The notes below the pieces were generated by a model. It was given only the letters and a program-made list of their open reading frames with translations. It did not search any database and was not told where the DNA came from. DNA of 64,000 bases from Candidatus Proruminimicrobium quisquiliarum (GTDB taxonomy: Bacteria > Elusimicrobiota > Endomicrobiia > Endomicrobiales > Endomicrobiaceae), in contig JAHDRN010000019.1 of NCBI GenBank assembly GCA_018433245.1, forward strand, positions 3,622 through 67,621, read 5' to 3'. This document shows, one piece after another, positions 9,289 through 19,172 of the stretch (within the stretch, counting starts at the first letter, position 1; each line of letters opens with the position of its first letter). The position numbers and the translations under genes are program-made.

Positions 9289-11397
9289 ATGAAATTCAAA
9301 ACGCTGTTCATCCTTACGGTTATATTTTCGCTGGCCGCGCTGTCAGCCGTCATATTCATATCAAAACTGATTGACGAATTGCCGCCCATATCAAACCTTG
9401 AAAGTTTTAAACCGAGCGTAGTTACAAAAATTTACGATAAAGACGGAAATATAATTTCAGAGATGTTCATTGAACGCAGAGTATTGGTTCCTCTGAAAGA
9501 TACTCCGGCCGACTTGCAAAATGCTTTTATCGCAATTGAAGACAACGATTTTTATGAACACTGGGGCATATCTACAAAAGGCATTCTCAGAGCGTTTGTT
9601 ATCAATTTTTTAAAAGGAAAAGTATCTCAGGGCGGTTCTACAATAACCCAGCAGCTTGCAAAAACCATATTTTTGACATCCGAAAGGACAATAACAAGAA
9701 AAATTAAAGAAATGCTTTTAACCGTACAGTTGGAACACGAATATACGAAAGAAGAAATTCTGCAATTATATATAAACCAGATTTATTTCGGAGCAGGCGG
9801 ATACGGAGCCGAATCTGCCTGTAAAATATACTTCGGTAAATCCGTTAAAGACATAAACCTGGCCGAAGCGGCTTTAATCGCAGGCCTTCCTAAAGCGCCG
9901 AATTATTATTCTCCTTTAAAAAATCCGGAAATCGCAAAAAACAGAAGAGCCGTAGTTTTATCTCGTATGCGCGATTTGGGATTTATTACTAAAGAGCAGG
10001 AAGAAGAAGCAAACAATCAGCCTTTGCCGGATAAACGGCAATTGCCGGAACGCAGTTCCGGACATTATTTTATAGAATATCTGAGAATATTGCTTGAGCC
10101 GAAATACGGCACAAATGTTCTTCACAAAGAAGGCTTATCAATATATACCACTCTTGATTCCAAAATGCAGGCAGCAGCCGAAAAAGCGCTTTCGGAAAGC
10201 CTTGATAATTTTGATACTCAGCAGTCTGAATTTTTTAAAAAAGCTCAAATTGAACCTAAAAAAGTTCAGGGAGCCTTAATAGCAATAGATCCTAAAACCG
10301 GAGCAATCAGAGCAATGGTAGGCGGCCGCGATTTTAAAGAAACAAAATTCAACAGAGCCATACAGGCAAAAAGACAAGCCGGCTCTTCCTTTAAGCCGTT
10401 CCTTTATACGGCGGCTATAGACTCAAAAATCATGACTCCGGCCACAATTCTTGAAGATAAACCTATTGTCTACGCGTTTGACGGTAAAATGTGGAATATC
10501 GCTTCAAGAAATGTAAATTATGTTGAAGTGCTTGCCGAAAAAATGACTTCCGATGAATTGATTGATCCGATGAAAATATGGACTCCCGCCAATTACGGAG
10601 GAAAATTCAGAGGAGAAATGACGTTAAGAAGAGCTATAGCAAAATCGGTAAACATATGCGCAATTGAAACTATTGAAAAAGTAACTCCGTCAAAAGTTAT
10701 AGACTACGCCAGAATGATGGGCATAAAAAGCCCTCTTGTAAATTCTTTATCTCTTGCTTTGGGCTCAAGCGACGTAACGCTGCAGGAAATGGTCTCGGCG
10801 ATAGGAACTCTTGCATCGGGCGGCATTCAGACGGAACCTTATTTTATAACAAAAATAATTGATAAAGACGGGAAAATACTTGAAAATAACATCCCGAACG
10901 AAAAAGAAGTTTTAACTCCGCAAACGTCATACATTATGACAAATCTGTTGAAAGGCGTAGTTGAAAGAGGAAGCGGAATCAGGGCTAGAGAACTTGGAAG
11001 ACCGTGCGCAGGAAAAACCGGAACTTCAAACGACAGTATTGACGCGTGGTTTATAGGATATACTCCTCAATTAGCGGCAGGCGTTTGGGTAGGTTATGAC
11101 GACAGGACTTCTCTGGGAAAAAATGCGACAGGCGGAAACACGGCATGTCCGATATGGACGAGTTTTATGAAAAACGCTCTTGCCGGTTATCCGATTAGAG
11201 ATTTTGCGCAGCCTAAAGGAATTGAATGGGCATTGATAGATCCGGCCACAGGACTTCTTGCATTAAGCAAAACTCCCGGCGCTTATCTTGAATCTTTCCT
11301 TGAAGGAACAGCGCCGAAAAGTTATTCAATTATGAAAGATTCGTCAAAAAAAGCCGCCGAAGAAGAAGACGACTTAATAAACGAAGACGGATTCTAA
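9289..11397 (+). CDS. mrcA: class A penicillin-binding protein 1A (transglycosylase/transpeptidase)
   Basis: GT51 motifs EDNDFYEHWG and GGSTITQQ. Transpeptidase motifs SSFKP and KTGTS. N-terminal TM anchor. Confidence 0.92.
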   Translation: MKFKTLFILTVIFSLAALSAVIFISKLIDELPPISNLESFKPSVVTKIYDKDGNIISEMFIERRVLVPLKDTPADLQNAFIAIEDNDFYEHWGISTKGILRAFVINFLKGKVSQGGSTITQQLAKTIFLTSERTITRKIKEMLLTVQLEHEYTKEEILQLYINQIYFGAGGYGAESACKIYFGKSVKDINLAEAALIAGLPKAPNYYSPLKNPEIAKNRRAVVLSRMRDLGFITKEQEEEANNQPLPDKRQLPERSSGHYFIEYLRILLEPKYGTNVLHKEGLSIYTTLDSKMQAAAEKALSESLDNFDTQQSEFFKKAQIEPKKVQGALIAIDPKTGAIRAMVGGRDFKETKFNRAIQAKRQAGSSFKPFLYTAAIDSKIMTPATILEDKPIVYAFDGKMWNIASRNVNYVEVLAEKMTSDELIDPMKIWTPANYGGKFRGEMTLRRAIAKSVNICAIETIEKVTPSKVIDYARMMGIKSPLVNSLSLALGSSDVTLQEMVSAIGTLASGGIQTEPYFITKIIDKDGKILENNIPNEKEVLTPQTSYIMTNLLKGVVERGSGIRARELGRPCAGKTGTSNDSIDAWFIGYTPQLAAGVWVGYDDRTSLGKNATGGNTACPIWTSFMKNALAGYPIRDFAQPKGIEWALIDPATGLLALSKTPGAYLESFLEGTAPKSYSIMKDSSKKAAEEEDDLINEDGF

Positions 11398-11400
11398 CAA

Positions 11401-11715
11401 CAACAAAAGCTCGGAAGTTTAGAAGCTGGGAAGTTTGGCAAAAACAAATACAATCAAAAAATCAATTCACAGAATCATTAATGTTTTGTCGGTAGTGCCA
11501 CGTTAAGCACTTTTATGAATGAAGTATTTTTTACCGTAAAAACTTCATATTTCTTAAATTTGAGGATTTTTTTGAGTTGTTGCTGTTATAGACTTCACAG
11601 TTGTTAGCGAATTGAAGAATTTTCAAATCGCAGTGTACGTAAGTAAAGCGGAGCGAACGGTACATCAGATTTGAAAATTCAAAAATGCAGCAACAAATGT
11701 GAAGGTGATATAAAA
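11401..11715. repeat. composite intergenic repeat element (longest copy of a dispersed family)
   Basis: Sub-blocks recur elsewhere: 11413-11443 resembles 20181-20203; 11497-11524 resembles 57091-57118; 11563-11586 resembles 57199-57222; 11629-11699 resembles 24051-24128. Also holds a perfect 13 bp inverted repeat, GAATTTTCAAATC (11617-11629) with GATTTGAAAATTC (11668-11680). Confidence 0.6.
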
Positions 11716-13452
11716 TTAGGTTCTTTTGAAAAATTTTTCCAGTTCTTCTCTCGTAATCTTATACATCGTAGGTCTTCCGTGCGGGCAGGTGTAAGGCATC
11801 TTACATTTAAATATATCTCTGACCAATTGCAAAGCTTGTTTATCAAGCATAATATCTCCTGCTTTTATGCTGCTTTTACAGGCGATTTTTATTATAGTTT
11901 CCTGCATTTCAGGAACCGCCGCGTTTTTTTCTTCTTTTAAAAATTCAATCACGCCGTTTATTATTTCAATCAAATTAACGTTTCCGCCCAATAATGCCGG
12001 ATAGGACGTCAGCCTGAAAGTATTGGAACCGAATTCTTCCAAAGCAAATCCCAATTTGTTAAATACCGCCAGAGAACTTTTTAAAACTACGCTTTGCCAT
12101 GCCTGCAGTTCAAAAACATCAGCAATCAAAAGCTGCTGCACCGATAATTTATTATTTTGAATTTCATCCGTAAACATTTCGTATTTTACTCTTTCCTGAG
12201 CCGCGTGCTGGTCTATTATATAACACACGTTTTGTTTTTCGGCGATTATGTACATATTGAACATCTGCCCTGCAAACTTATATTCATCAGACTGCAAAAG
12301 CTCTTCCTGTACGCCGGAATGAAAATTGCTTGAAGAATATAAATTTTTATAATCTGAAACGGATACATCTCTTTTATAATCATAACTTCTGTTGTATTGA
12401 TATCCGGCGTTTTCCGTAAGTTGTTTTCCGGGTTCCGCAGATTTAACTTCAATTATGCCGCCCGGACCGTCATTTTCAACGGCCCCTTTAATAAACGTAT
12501 AAAACAATTCATACATTTCATTTTCTCCGGAAAATTTAATTTCTCTTTTCGCCGGATGTACGTTTATGTCAATATCGGACGGGTCTGATTTTAAAAACAT
12601 AATTATTCCGGGATGTCTTCCTATCGGAGTTGACTGTTTATAAGCCTGATATATTGAATGAATAAGCCATTTCGGATAATTAACGCATCTTGAATTTACA
12701 AAAAGATACTGGGCGTTTTTATGAGACAGCGAATTGTCTCTTGTCGTAATAAACGCTTCAATTCCTATTTTAGGATGGTTAAAACTGATATATTTCATTT
12801 TTTTTGACAGATCTTTTCCCAAAATATCTTCTATGCGTTTTATTTTAGAATCGGTTTTGCGGTATTGGGCGAATATTTTTCCGTCCGTTATGACCGTAAA
12901 ATCAACGTCGTTTCTGACAAGAGCGATTTCATCTATGCAATTTATGATTTTTGCTTTTTCGGTTGTGTCGCTTTTTAAAAATTTTTGTCTTGCCGGAGTA
13001 TTAAAAAATAAATTTTTAACTTCAACAGCCGTTCCGCCAGAACCGGCCCAAGGCTGCAAATCGGACTGTTTAGAACCTTCCATAGACAAATGCCAGCCCG
13101 AATCCGAATTTTTCTTCTGCGTTTTTATATCAAATATTGATATCGCCGCTATGGAAGGAAGAGCTTCCCCCCTGAATCCTAAAGTCAGCGTTTTTGATAA
13201 ATCTTCAAAAACCGAAATTTTACTGGTGGCATGCCTCTGCACGGAAAGAAGCAAATCATCTTTATCCATGCCGCATCCGTTGTCGCTTACTCTTATTAAT
13301 TTTTTTCCTGATTTTTCTATTTCAACCGATATGTTTGAGGCGCCGGCGTCCAAAGCGTTTTCAACCAGTTCTTTTACGACGTTCAAAGGTCTTTCTACGA
13401 CCTCTCCGGCTGAAATTTTATTAATTGTTTTATCGTCTAAAACTTTTATCAT
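11716..13452 (-). CDS. mutL: DNA mismatch repair protein MutL
   Basis: GHKL ATPase motifs INKISAGEVVERP, ELVENALDAG and DNGCGM, plus a C-terminal dimerisation region. Start placed at ATG 13450-13452 (MIKVLDDKT), which overlaps the pilZ stop as ATGA. Confidence 0.93.
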   Translation of the reverse strand: MIKVLDDKTINKISAGEVVERPLNVVKELVENALDAGASNISVEIEKSGKKLIRVSDNGCGMDKDDLLLSVQRHATSKISVFEDLSKTLTLGFRGEALPSIAAISIFDIKTQKKNSDSGWHLSMEGSKQSDLQPWAGSGGTAVEVKNLFFNTPARQKFLKSDTTEKAKIINCIDEIALVRNDVDFTVITDGKIFAQYRKTDSKIKRIEDILGKDLSKKMKYISFNHPKIGIEAFITTRDNSLSHKNAQYLFVNSRCVNYPKWLIHSIYQAYKQSTPIGRHPGIIMFLKSDPSDIDINVHPAKREIKFSGENEMYELFYTFIKGAVENDGPGGIIEVKSAEPGKQLTENAGYQYNRSYDYKRDVSVSDYKNLYSSSNFHSGVQEELLQSDEYKFAGQMFNMYIIAEKQNVCYIIDQHAAQERVKYEMFTDEIQNNKLSVQQLLIADVFELQAWQSVVLKSSLAVFNKLGFALEEFGSNTFRLTSYPALLGGNVNLIEIINGVIEFLKEEKNAAVPEMQETIIKIACKSSIKAGDIMLDKQALQLVRDIFKCKMPYTCPHGRPTMYKITREELEKFFKRT

Positions 13453-13865
13453 ATTTTTTGTTTTTTGTCGCACAGAACGTAATAGCTGCATTCTTTTTTA
13501 CAGATATCGGTCGCTCCCAGGGCTATTTTTGTTTCGCAGTCGTTAAAATCTATCGCCATTCTGTTTATTTTTTTTGAATCAAGGGTGTCTATTTCTAAAA
13601 ATTCAAGACCTACTTCCCACATTGAATTTTTTAGTTTTGATCTTACAACCTTGCCGAGAATCTGTTTTGTTTCCATTTTGGGGATGTTAATCATAAGCGA
13701 AACTTCAGCGCTTATCGGTATGTCCGCATACATCAATAAAAGCATTCCGCCCGCCGATAAATTAATGATTATGCCGGGGAAAGTCTCTTTTTCCGTACCT
13801 ATTGAAACAGCGTGGCCGAAATCTTTTATTACAGGAAATCTCGGATGTCTTCTTTTATTTAACAT
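13449..13865 (-). CDS. PilZ domain protein with a Cys-rich C-terminal tail
   Basis: RRHPR (RxxxR) and NLSAGG (D/NxSxxG) c-di-GMP-binding motifs at canonical spacing. Tail is C-x14-C-x3-C-x5-C. Confidence 0.85.
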   Translation of the reverse strand: MLNKRRHPRFPVIKDFGHAVSIGTEKETFPGIIINLSAGGMLLLMYADIPISAEVSLMINIPKMETKQILGKVVRSKLKNSMWEVGLEFLEIDTLDSKKINRMAIDFNDCETKIALGATDICKKECSYYVLCDKKQKI

Positions 13866-13881
13866 ACTCTTTCTCCCAAAA

Positions 13882-16467
13882 TTATTTTTTATATTTTTCT
13901 TTCCAGTCCGATAATAATTTTAACGCTTCAACGGGTTTGAGATTATCAACATCCAGCTTTCTTAATTCTATCAAAATTTCAGGTTCTATTGAAGTAAAAA
14001 GATTAGGCTGTATATCCTGTTCAAGTTTTGAAAATTTTTTATTGATATTTTTTTCAAGTCCGTCAAGAATCTGATAAGCCCTTTGTATGACTTTATGCGG
14101 AACCCCCGCAAGACGGGCGACGTGTATTCCGTAAGATTTATCGGCGGATCCTTCAACGATTTTATGCAGAAAAATCACATTGCCGTCCCATTCCTTAACC
14201 GACACGCTGGCATTAATTATTCCGCTGCCTTCGGAAGCAAGAGACGTCAGTTCAAAATAATGAGTCGCAAACAGAACTTTTGCGCCTTTGTTGTATCTGC
14301 TGCCGGTATCGGAAAAAAACTCCAATATCGCCCACGCTATGGACATTCCGTCATAAGTGGACGTTCCTCTTCCCACTTCGTCAAGTATAATTAAGCTTTT
14401 ATCCGTATATCTGTTTAAAATATTGGCCGTTTCCGTCATTTCAACCATAAACGTTGATTCGCCTGCGGCAAGATTATCTCCGGCGCCTATTCTTGTAAAT
14501 ATTTTATCAACTATTCCTATTACCGCTTCGGAACACGGAACAAAAGAACCTATCTGCGCCATAATTACAATCAATGCCGTCTGTCTGAGATAAGTTGATT
14601 TACCGGACATATTGGGGCCGGTCAGTATCATTATTCTTTTATCGCTGTCGTTTAAATCAATGTCGTTTGCCACAAAATCGCCGAATTTTAAAATTTGTTC
14701 TATAACCGGATGTCTTGCATTTTTTAAAACAAGTTCTTTGCCGTACGTCATTTTAGGACAAACATAATTATTTTTAACGGCATTGAAAGCAAAAGACATA
14801 TAAATATCAAGTTCGGCGATCATTGACGAAATATTAAGTATTACAGCCGAATATTCCGCAAGTTCCTGTCTTAAACATACGTAAAGTTCGGTTTCAAGTT
14901 TTATCGTTTTATCCTGGGCTGAAATAATTTTTTCTTCCAGTATTTTTAATTCCTGCGTTATGTATCTTTCGGAATTCGTCAAAGTCTGCTTTCTTATGTA
15001 ATGAGCCGGCACCGACGATATGTTTGATTTTGTAACGTCAATATAATAACCGAATACGGACGTATATCCTATTTTCAAATTATTTATTCCGGTTGCCTGT
15101 CTTTCTTTTGTTTCAATTTCGGATATATATTTCTTAGCGTCTTTGCCGAGCAGTCTTAATTCGTCAAGTTCGGGCGAAACTCCCGTTTTTATAACGTTGC
15201 CGTCTTTAAGCATAACAGGGGCTTCCTGCTCTATATGAGATTCTATTTTTTCTATAACTTCTTTTACGGGTTCAACGACCGGATTTTCGCAATAGCCTAT
15301 TTCTTTTAATTTTTCAAAAATCGCGGTTGCGCCGATAAGAGAATCTTTTAACGCCAGAAGTTCTTTCGGATTTGCGGAACCGCTTATTATTCTTGCGGCT
15401 ATTCTGTCCAAATCGGCTATTGATTTTAAAATTTCGGACAATTCGTTACGCGCCGTTTCATTTTCAATGAATATTTTTATTTTATTCTGTCTGTCTTCTA
15501 TCTTTTTTATTTCAAGAAGCGGCTTTATTATCCAGTTTTTTACAAGTCTTGCCCCCATAGGAGTTATCGTAGCGTCAAGCACCGATACAAGAGAACCGTC
15601 CTGTTTGAGAGAAGTTGACGATCTTAAAATTTCAAGATTTTTAATCGCGACGCCGTCCAAAAGCATATAATCGCCTGTTTCCAAAAACCTGATATTGTTT
15701 AAAATCGGCAGAGTCTGCGGCTGGTTGTCCTGCACGTACATAAATATCGCGCCGACAGCCGATATAACGCCGGGCTTATCGGATATGTTAAAATGATTAA
15801 GAGAAGATATCTTTAATATTTTCTTTATTAAATTGCCGCAATATACGGCGTCCGAGCATATATCGTTTACGGTTGAGGACGTAATATTGGATTTTGAAAG
15901 AATCTTTTTTAAATTTTCGTCTTTTGCCAGCGACTGGGCTATAATAATTTCTCCGGGTTTGTATTTTATAATTTCATTTTCCAAATTCTGAATATCCGTC
16001 TCGTAAGCGAAAAAATCGCCCGTTGAAATATCTGCCGCCGCTACCGCGGCTACGGAAGAATCTCCGCCGGCAAAAAATACCGACATAAGATAATTGTTCA
16101 TTTTTGAATCAAGAAGATTATCTTCCAAAAGAGTTCCGGGAGTAATGACTTTAACAACTCCTCTTTTCACGATGCCTTTTGTCGCGCCCGGTTCTTCCAA
16201 TTGTTCGCAAATTGCTATTTTCAAACCGGCTTTTATCAATTTTCTTATATAATTTCCAGCGGAATGATACGGCACTCCGCACATCGGAACGGTTTGTCTT
16301 TTTGTCAGAACAACCTCTAAAATCGGAGACGCTTTTACGGCGTCTTCGCCGAACATTTCATAAAAATCGCCGAGTCTGAAAAACAGAATAATATCGGGAT
16401 ATTTGGCTTTTATAGCCGTATACTGCTGCATCAGCGGCGTTAATTGTCCGTCATCTTTATTTGTCAT
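13882..16467 (-). CDS. mutS: DNA mismatch repair protein MutS
   Basis: N-terminus TPLMQQY..KAKYPD..FFRLGDFYEMF, Walker A GPNMSGKST, 861 aa. Confidence 0.95.
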   Translation of the reverse strand: MTNKDDGQLTPLMQQYTAIKAKYPDIILFFRLGDFYEMFGEDAVKASPILEVVLTKRQTVPMCGVPYHSAGNYIRKLIKAGLKIAICEQLEEPGATKGIVKRGVVKVITPGTLLEDNLLDSKMNNYLMSVFFAGGDSSVAAVAAADISTGDFFAYETDIQNLENEIIKYKPGEIIIAQSLAKDENLKKILSKSNITSSTVNDICSDAVYCGNLIKKILKISSLNHFNISDKPGVISAVGAIFMYVQDNQPQTLPILNNIRFLETGDYMLLDGVAIKNLEILRSSTSLKQDGSLVSVLDATITPMGARLVKNWIIKPLLEIKKIEDRQNKIKIFIENETARNELSEILKSIADLDRIAARIISGSANPKELLALKDSLIGATAIFEKLKEIGYCENPVVEPVKEVIEKIESHIEQEAPVMLKDGNVIKTGVSPELDELRLLGKDAKKYISEIETKERQATGINNLKIGYTSVFGYYIDVTKSNISSVPAHYIRKQTLTNSERYITQELKILEEKIISAQDKTIKLETELYVCLRQELAEYSAVILNISSMIAELDIYMSFAFNAVKNNYVCPKMTYGKELVLKNARHPVIEQILKFGDFVANDIDLNDSDKRIMILTGPNMSGKSTYLRQTALIVIMAQIGSFVPCSEAVIGIVDKIFTRIGAGDNLAAGESTFMVEMTETANILNRYTDKSLIILDEVGRGTSTYDGMSIAWAILEFFSDTGSRYNKGAKVLFATHYFELTSLASEGSGIINASVSVKEWDGNVIFLHKIVEGSADKSYGIHVARLAGVPHKVIQRAYQILDGLEKNINKKFSKLEQDIQPNLFTSIEPEILIELRKLDVDNLKPVEALKLLSDWKEKYKK

Positions 16468-16473
16468 AAAATC

Positions 16474-17067
16474 TTATTCCCAAAAAAATATAGCTCTTTC
16501 TATTTTATCAATATATTTCAATATTGAGTATATTTTATCTATTTTTTTTACGTATTGTTTTGTTTCATTAAACGGCATTTGTTCAAAATCATACTCAACG
16601 ATAGGATTCATCTGTCTCCACTGCGTAACATTGCCGAGCCCCGCGTTATAAGAGGCAAGTATTAAATTCATATTTCCTTTAAACATCGTATTTAATATTT
16701 TATAATAAAAAACGCCGAACATTATGTTTATTTCAGGATTTAAAAGCATCTCTTTTTTAAAATTTTCCATCTGTAAATATCCCGCAATCTGTCTGCCTGT
16801 GGCCGGCATAATCTGCATAAGCCCGACTGCTCCCTTATTTGACACGGCATCCGGCGCAAAATCCGATTCAACCTTTATAATGGCTTTTACCAAAAGAGGA
16901 TCCACGTTATATTCAGCCGCGTATTTATTTATAAATTCCGAATATTTCCATGTTTTGTTGATTTTAACAAAAACATACAAAATTATAAAAAATAAAACGG
17001 CCGTTATCGCAAGCAATAATTTATTTTTATTAATTTTCACGCATATCTCCGGACATGCTGTTTGCAA
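16474..17067 (-). CDS. lytic transglycosylase (SLT domain), membrane anchored
   Basis: The SLT catalytic region ES...GLMQIMP..., here VESDFAPDAVSNKGAVGLMQIMPATG...YNAG, plus an N-terminal TM helix. The annotated start overlaps the miaB 3' end by 38 nt. Confidence 0.85.
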   Translation of the reverse strand: MQTACPEICVKINKNKLLLAITAVLFFIILYVFVKINKTWKYSEFINKYAAEYNVDPLLVKAIIKVESDFAPDAVSNKGAVGLMQIMPATGRQIAGYLQMENFKKEMLLNPEINIMFGVFYYKILNTMFKGNMNLILASYNAGLGNVTQWRQMNPIVEYDFEQMPFNETKQYVKKIDKIYSILKYIDKIERAIFFWE

Positions 17068-18283
17068 AAACTTTCGTTATTTTTACCGTAACGGTTTTTC
17101 CCGTCAGATCTTTAGCGGAATTAAAAAAAATTTTTATATTCTGGCTGTTTCTTGATTCGCATATTCCGTTTGCATAAGCGTCCACCAAAACTTTTTCCTC
17201 GGAATTTATATAATATCCGTTTAATTCTTTTGATATTTCATTTGAGCGTTCAAGCAAAACGGAATGCCTTTCTTTTTTTACCGCCGTTGAAACGTCGTCT
17301 TTAAGTTTATACGCCGATGTGTTAGGCCTTGGCGAATATTTAAAAATAAACAAACCTCCGAATTTTAAATCTTCAGCCGCGCGCAGAGTTTCTTTAAAAT
17401 CGTCGTCTGTCTCGCCCGGAAAACCTATTATAATGTCGCTTGTAATATTTATCCGCGGTATTTTATTTCTTATTTTTTCAACGAGCAGTTTATATTTGCC
17501 GTATGTGTATTTTCTGTTCATTCTGTTTAAAACGTAATCCGACGCCGACTGCATGGGCAGATGAATATATTTGCATATTTTATCGTTTGCGGCTATTTCG
17601 TCTATTAATTCGTCCGGAAAATCTTTCGGATGGTTGGTCATAAACCTGATTCTTTCAAGTCCGTTTATTAGCGAAACTTCTTTTAAAAGACCGGTAAAAT
17701 CAATATTTTTATAATTATAAGAATTTACATTCTGTCCTAAAAGTATTATTTCTTTTGCGCCGCGTTTAACGCACTTTTCGGTTTCCGCCAATATTTCGTC
17801 AACGCTCACGCTTTGTTCCGGACCTCTTACGTAAGGAACTATGCAGTAAGAGCAAAAATTTTCGCATCCCCTCATTATCGTAACGTATTCAAAGACTCCT
17901 GATTTCCTTGTTGCCTTACGAACTCCGCCTGTTTCTATGAATTTTGAAACGACGCCTGCAAATTTATCAAGTTCCTTTGCGCCCAAAACGAAATCAAGAA
18001 ATTTAAATCTGTTTTTTATGCTTTTGCCGGCATATTGCGCCATACATCCGACAACGCCGGCAATAAGTCTCGGATTTTTATCTTTTTGTTCCGAAAGCCG
18101 TCCCAGAAAAGAATACGCCTTATGTTCGGCGGAAAATCTTACCGAACATGTGTTAAGTATCACCAGATCGGCCTGTAAAACATCGTCCGCGTATTCCAAA
18201 CCCTCCGATAACAAATAATCAGTTATTTTATCGGAATCGTTAACGTTCATCTGGCAACCGATCGTTTCAACAAAAAATTTCAT
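17030..18283 (-). CDS. miaB: tRNA methylthiotransferase, MiaB family
   Basis: N-terminal GCQMNVNDSD, radical SAM CENFCSYC, C-terminal TRAM-like region. Confidence 0.85.
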   Translation of the reverse strand: MKFFVETIGCQMNVNDSDKITDYLLSEGLEYADDVLQADLVILNTCSVRFSAEHKAYSFLGRLSEQKDKNPRLIAGVVGCMAQYAGKSIKNRFKFLDFVLGAKELDKFAGVVSKFIETGGVRKATRKSGVFEYVTIMRGCENFCSYCIVPYVRGPEQSVSVDEILAETEKCVKRGAKEIILLGQNVNSYNYKNIDFTGLLKEVSLINGLERIRFMTNHPKDFPDELIDEIAANDKICKYIHLPMQSASDYVLNRMNRKYTYGKYKLLVEKIRNKIPRINITSDIIIGFPGETDDDFKETLRAAEDLKFGGLFIFKYSPRPNTSAYKLKDDVSTAVKKERHSVLLERSNEISKELNGYYINSEEKVLVDAYANGICESRNSQNIKIFFNSAKDLTGKTVTVKITKVFANSMSGDMREN

Positions 18284-19162
18284 TTATTCCGGCTCATTTG
18301 CTATTTTTTCAAGATACTGTCCGTAATCTGAATTCAAAAGTTTGGTGTTTTCAAGAAGCTGTTGTTTATTTATAAAACCTTTTCTGTAAGCTATCTCTTC
18401 AATGCAGCCTATCATTATTCCCTGTCTTTCTTCTATCGTTTTTATAAACATTGACGAATCTATAAGCGAATTATACGTTCCGGCGTCAAGCCATGAAAAA
18501 CCCCTGCCGAATAATTCAACGTGGAGTTTTCCCCGTTTTAAATATTCGTTGTTGATATCGGTTATTTCAAGTTCGCCTCTTGCGGAAGGTTTTACGTTTT
18601 TTGCGATTTTTATAACTTCGTTATCGTAAAAATAAAGACCGGGAACCGCCCAGTTTGATTTTGGTTCTTTAGGTTTTTCAACTATTCTTACGGCTTTTTT
18701 ATTTGAATCAAGTTCAACTATTCCGTGTCTGTGCGGATCGGGAACGTAATAAGCGAAAATCGTGGCTCCGTCGTTTTTTTCGGCGGCTCTTGTGACTATG
18801 TGCGAAAGTCCGTGTCCGTAAAATATGTTATCGCCCAAAACAAGAGAAGCGTTATCGTCTCCTATAAATTCTTCGCCGAGTATAAACGCCTCGGCAAGCC
18901 CGTTAGGATGTTCCTGTATTTTATAAGATATGTTTAAGCCGAGTCTTTTTCCGTCAGAAAACAATTCTTCAAATTTCGGCAAAGCGTCAGGCGTTGAAAT
19001 TATAAGCACGTCTTTTATTCCCGCAAGCATAAGAACCGACAAAGGATAATATATCATCGGTTTGTTGTAAACCGGAAGCAGCTGTTTTGAAACGACATAC
19101 GTTAAAGGATAAAGGCGCGTAGCTTTTCCGCCGGCAAGAATAATACCTTTTGTTTTTTTCAT
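18284..19162 (-). CDS. rfbA: glucose-1-phosphate thymidylyltransferase
   Basis: [16 protein letters not shown] signature and full-length similarity to RmlA (292 aa). Confidence 0.92.
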   Translation of the reverse strand: MKKTKGIILAGGKATRLYPLTYVVSKQLLPVYNKPMIYYPLSVLMLAGIKDVLIISTPDALPKFEELFSDGKRLGLNISYKIQEHPNGLAEAFILGEEFIGDDNASLVLGDNIFYGHGLSHIVTRAAEKNDGATIFAYYVPDPHRHGIVELDSNKKAVRIVEKPKEPKSNWAVPGLYFYDNEVIKIAKNVKPSARGELEITDINNEYLKRGKLHVELFGRGFSWLDAGTYNSLIDSSMFIKTIEERQGIMIGCIEEIAYRKGFINKQQLLENTKLLNSDYGQYLEKIANEPE

Positions 19163-19172
19163 TTTATTCCCC

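Noticed and set aside
11671-11940. 89 aa plus-strand ORF spanning the repeat element and the mutL 3' end
   Set aside because: It overlaps the mutL coding sequence in antisense and starts inside the intergenic repeat. No RBS or motif.
12734-13546. 270 aa plus-strand ORF antisense to mutL
   Set aside because: It lies entirely inside the well-conserved mutL gene. It has a low-complexity Ser/Phe/Leu-rich translation, no RBS and no recognisable motif. Long antisense frames arise from codon bias of the sense gene.
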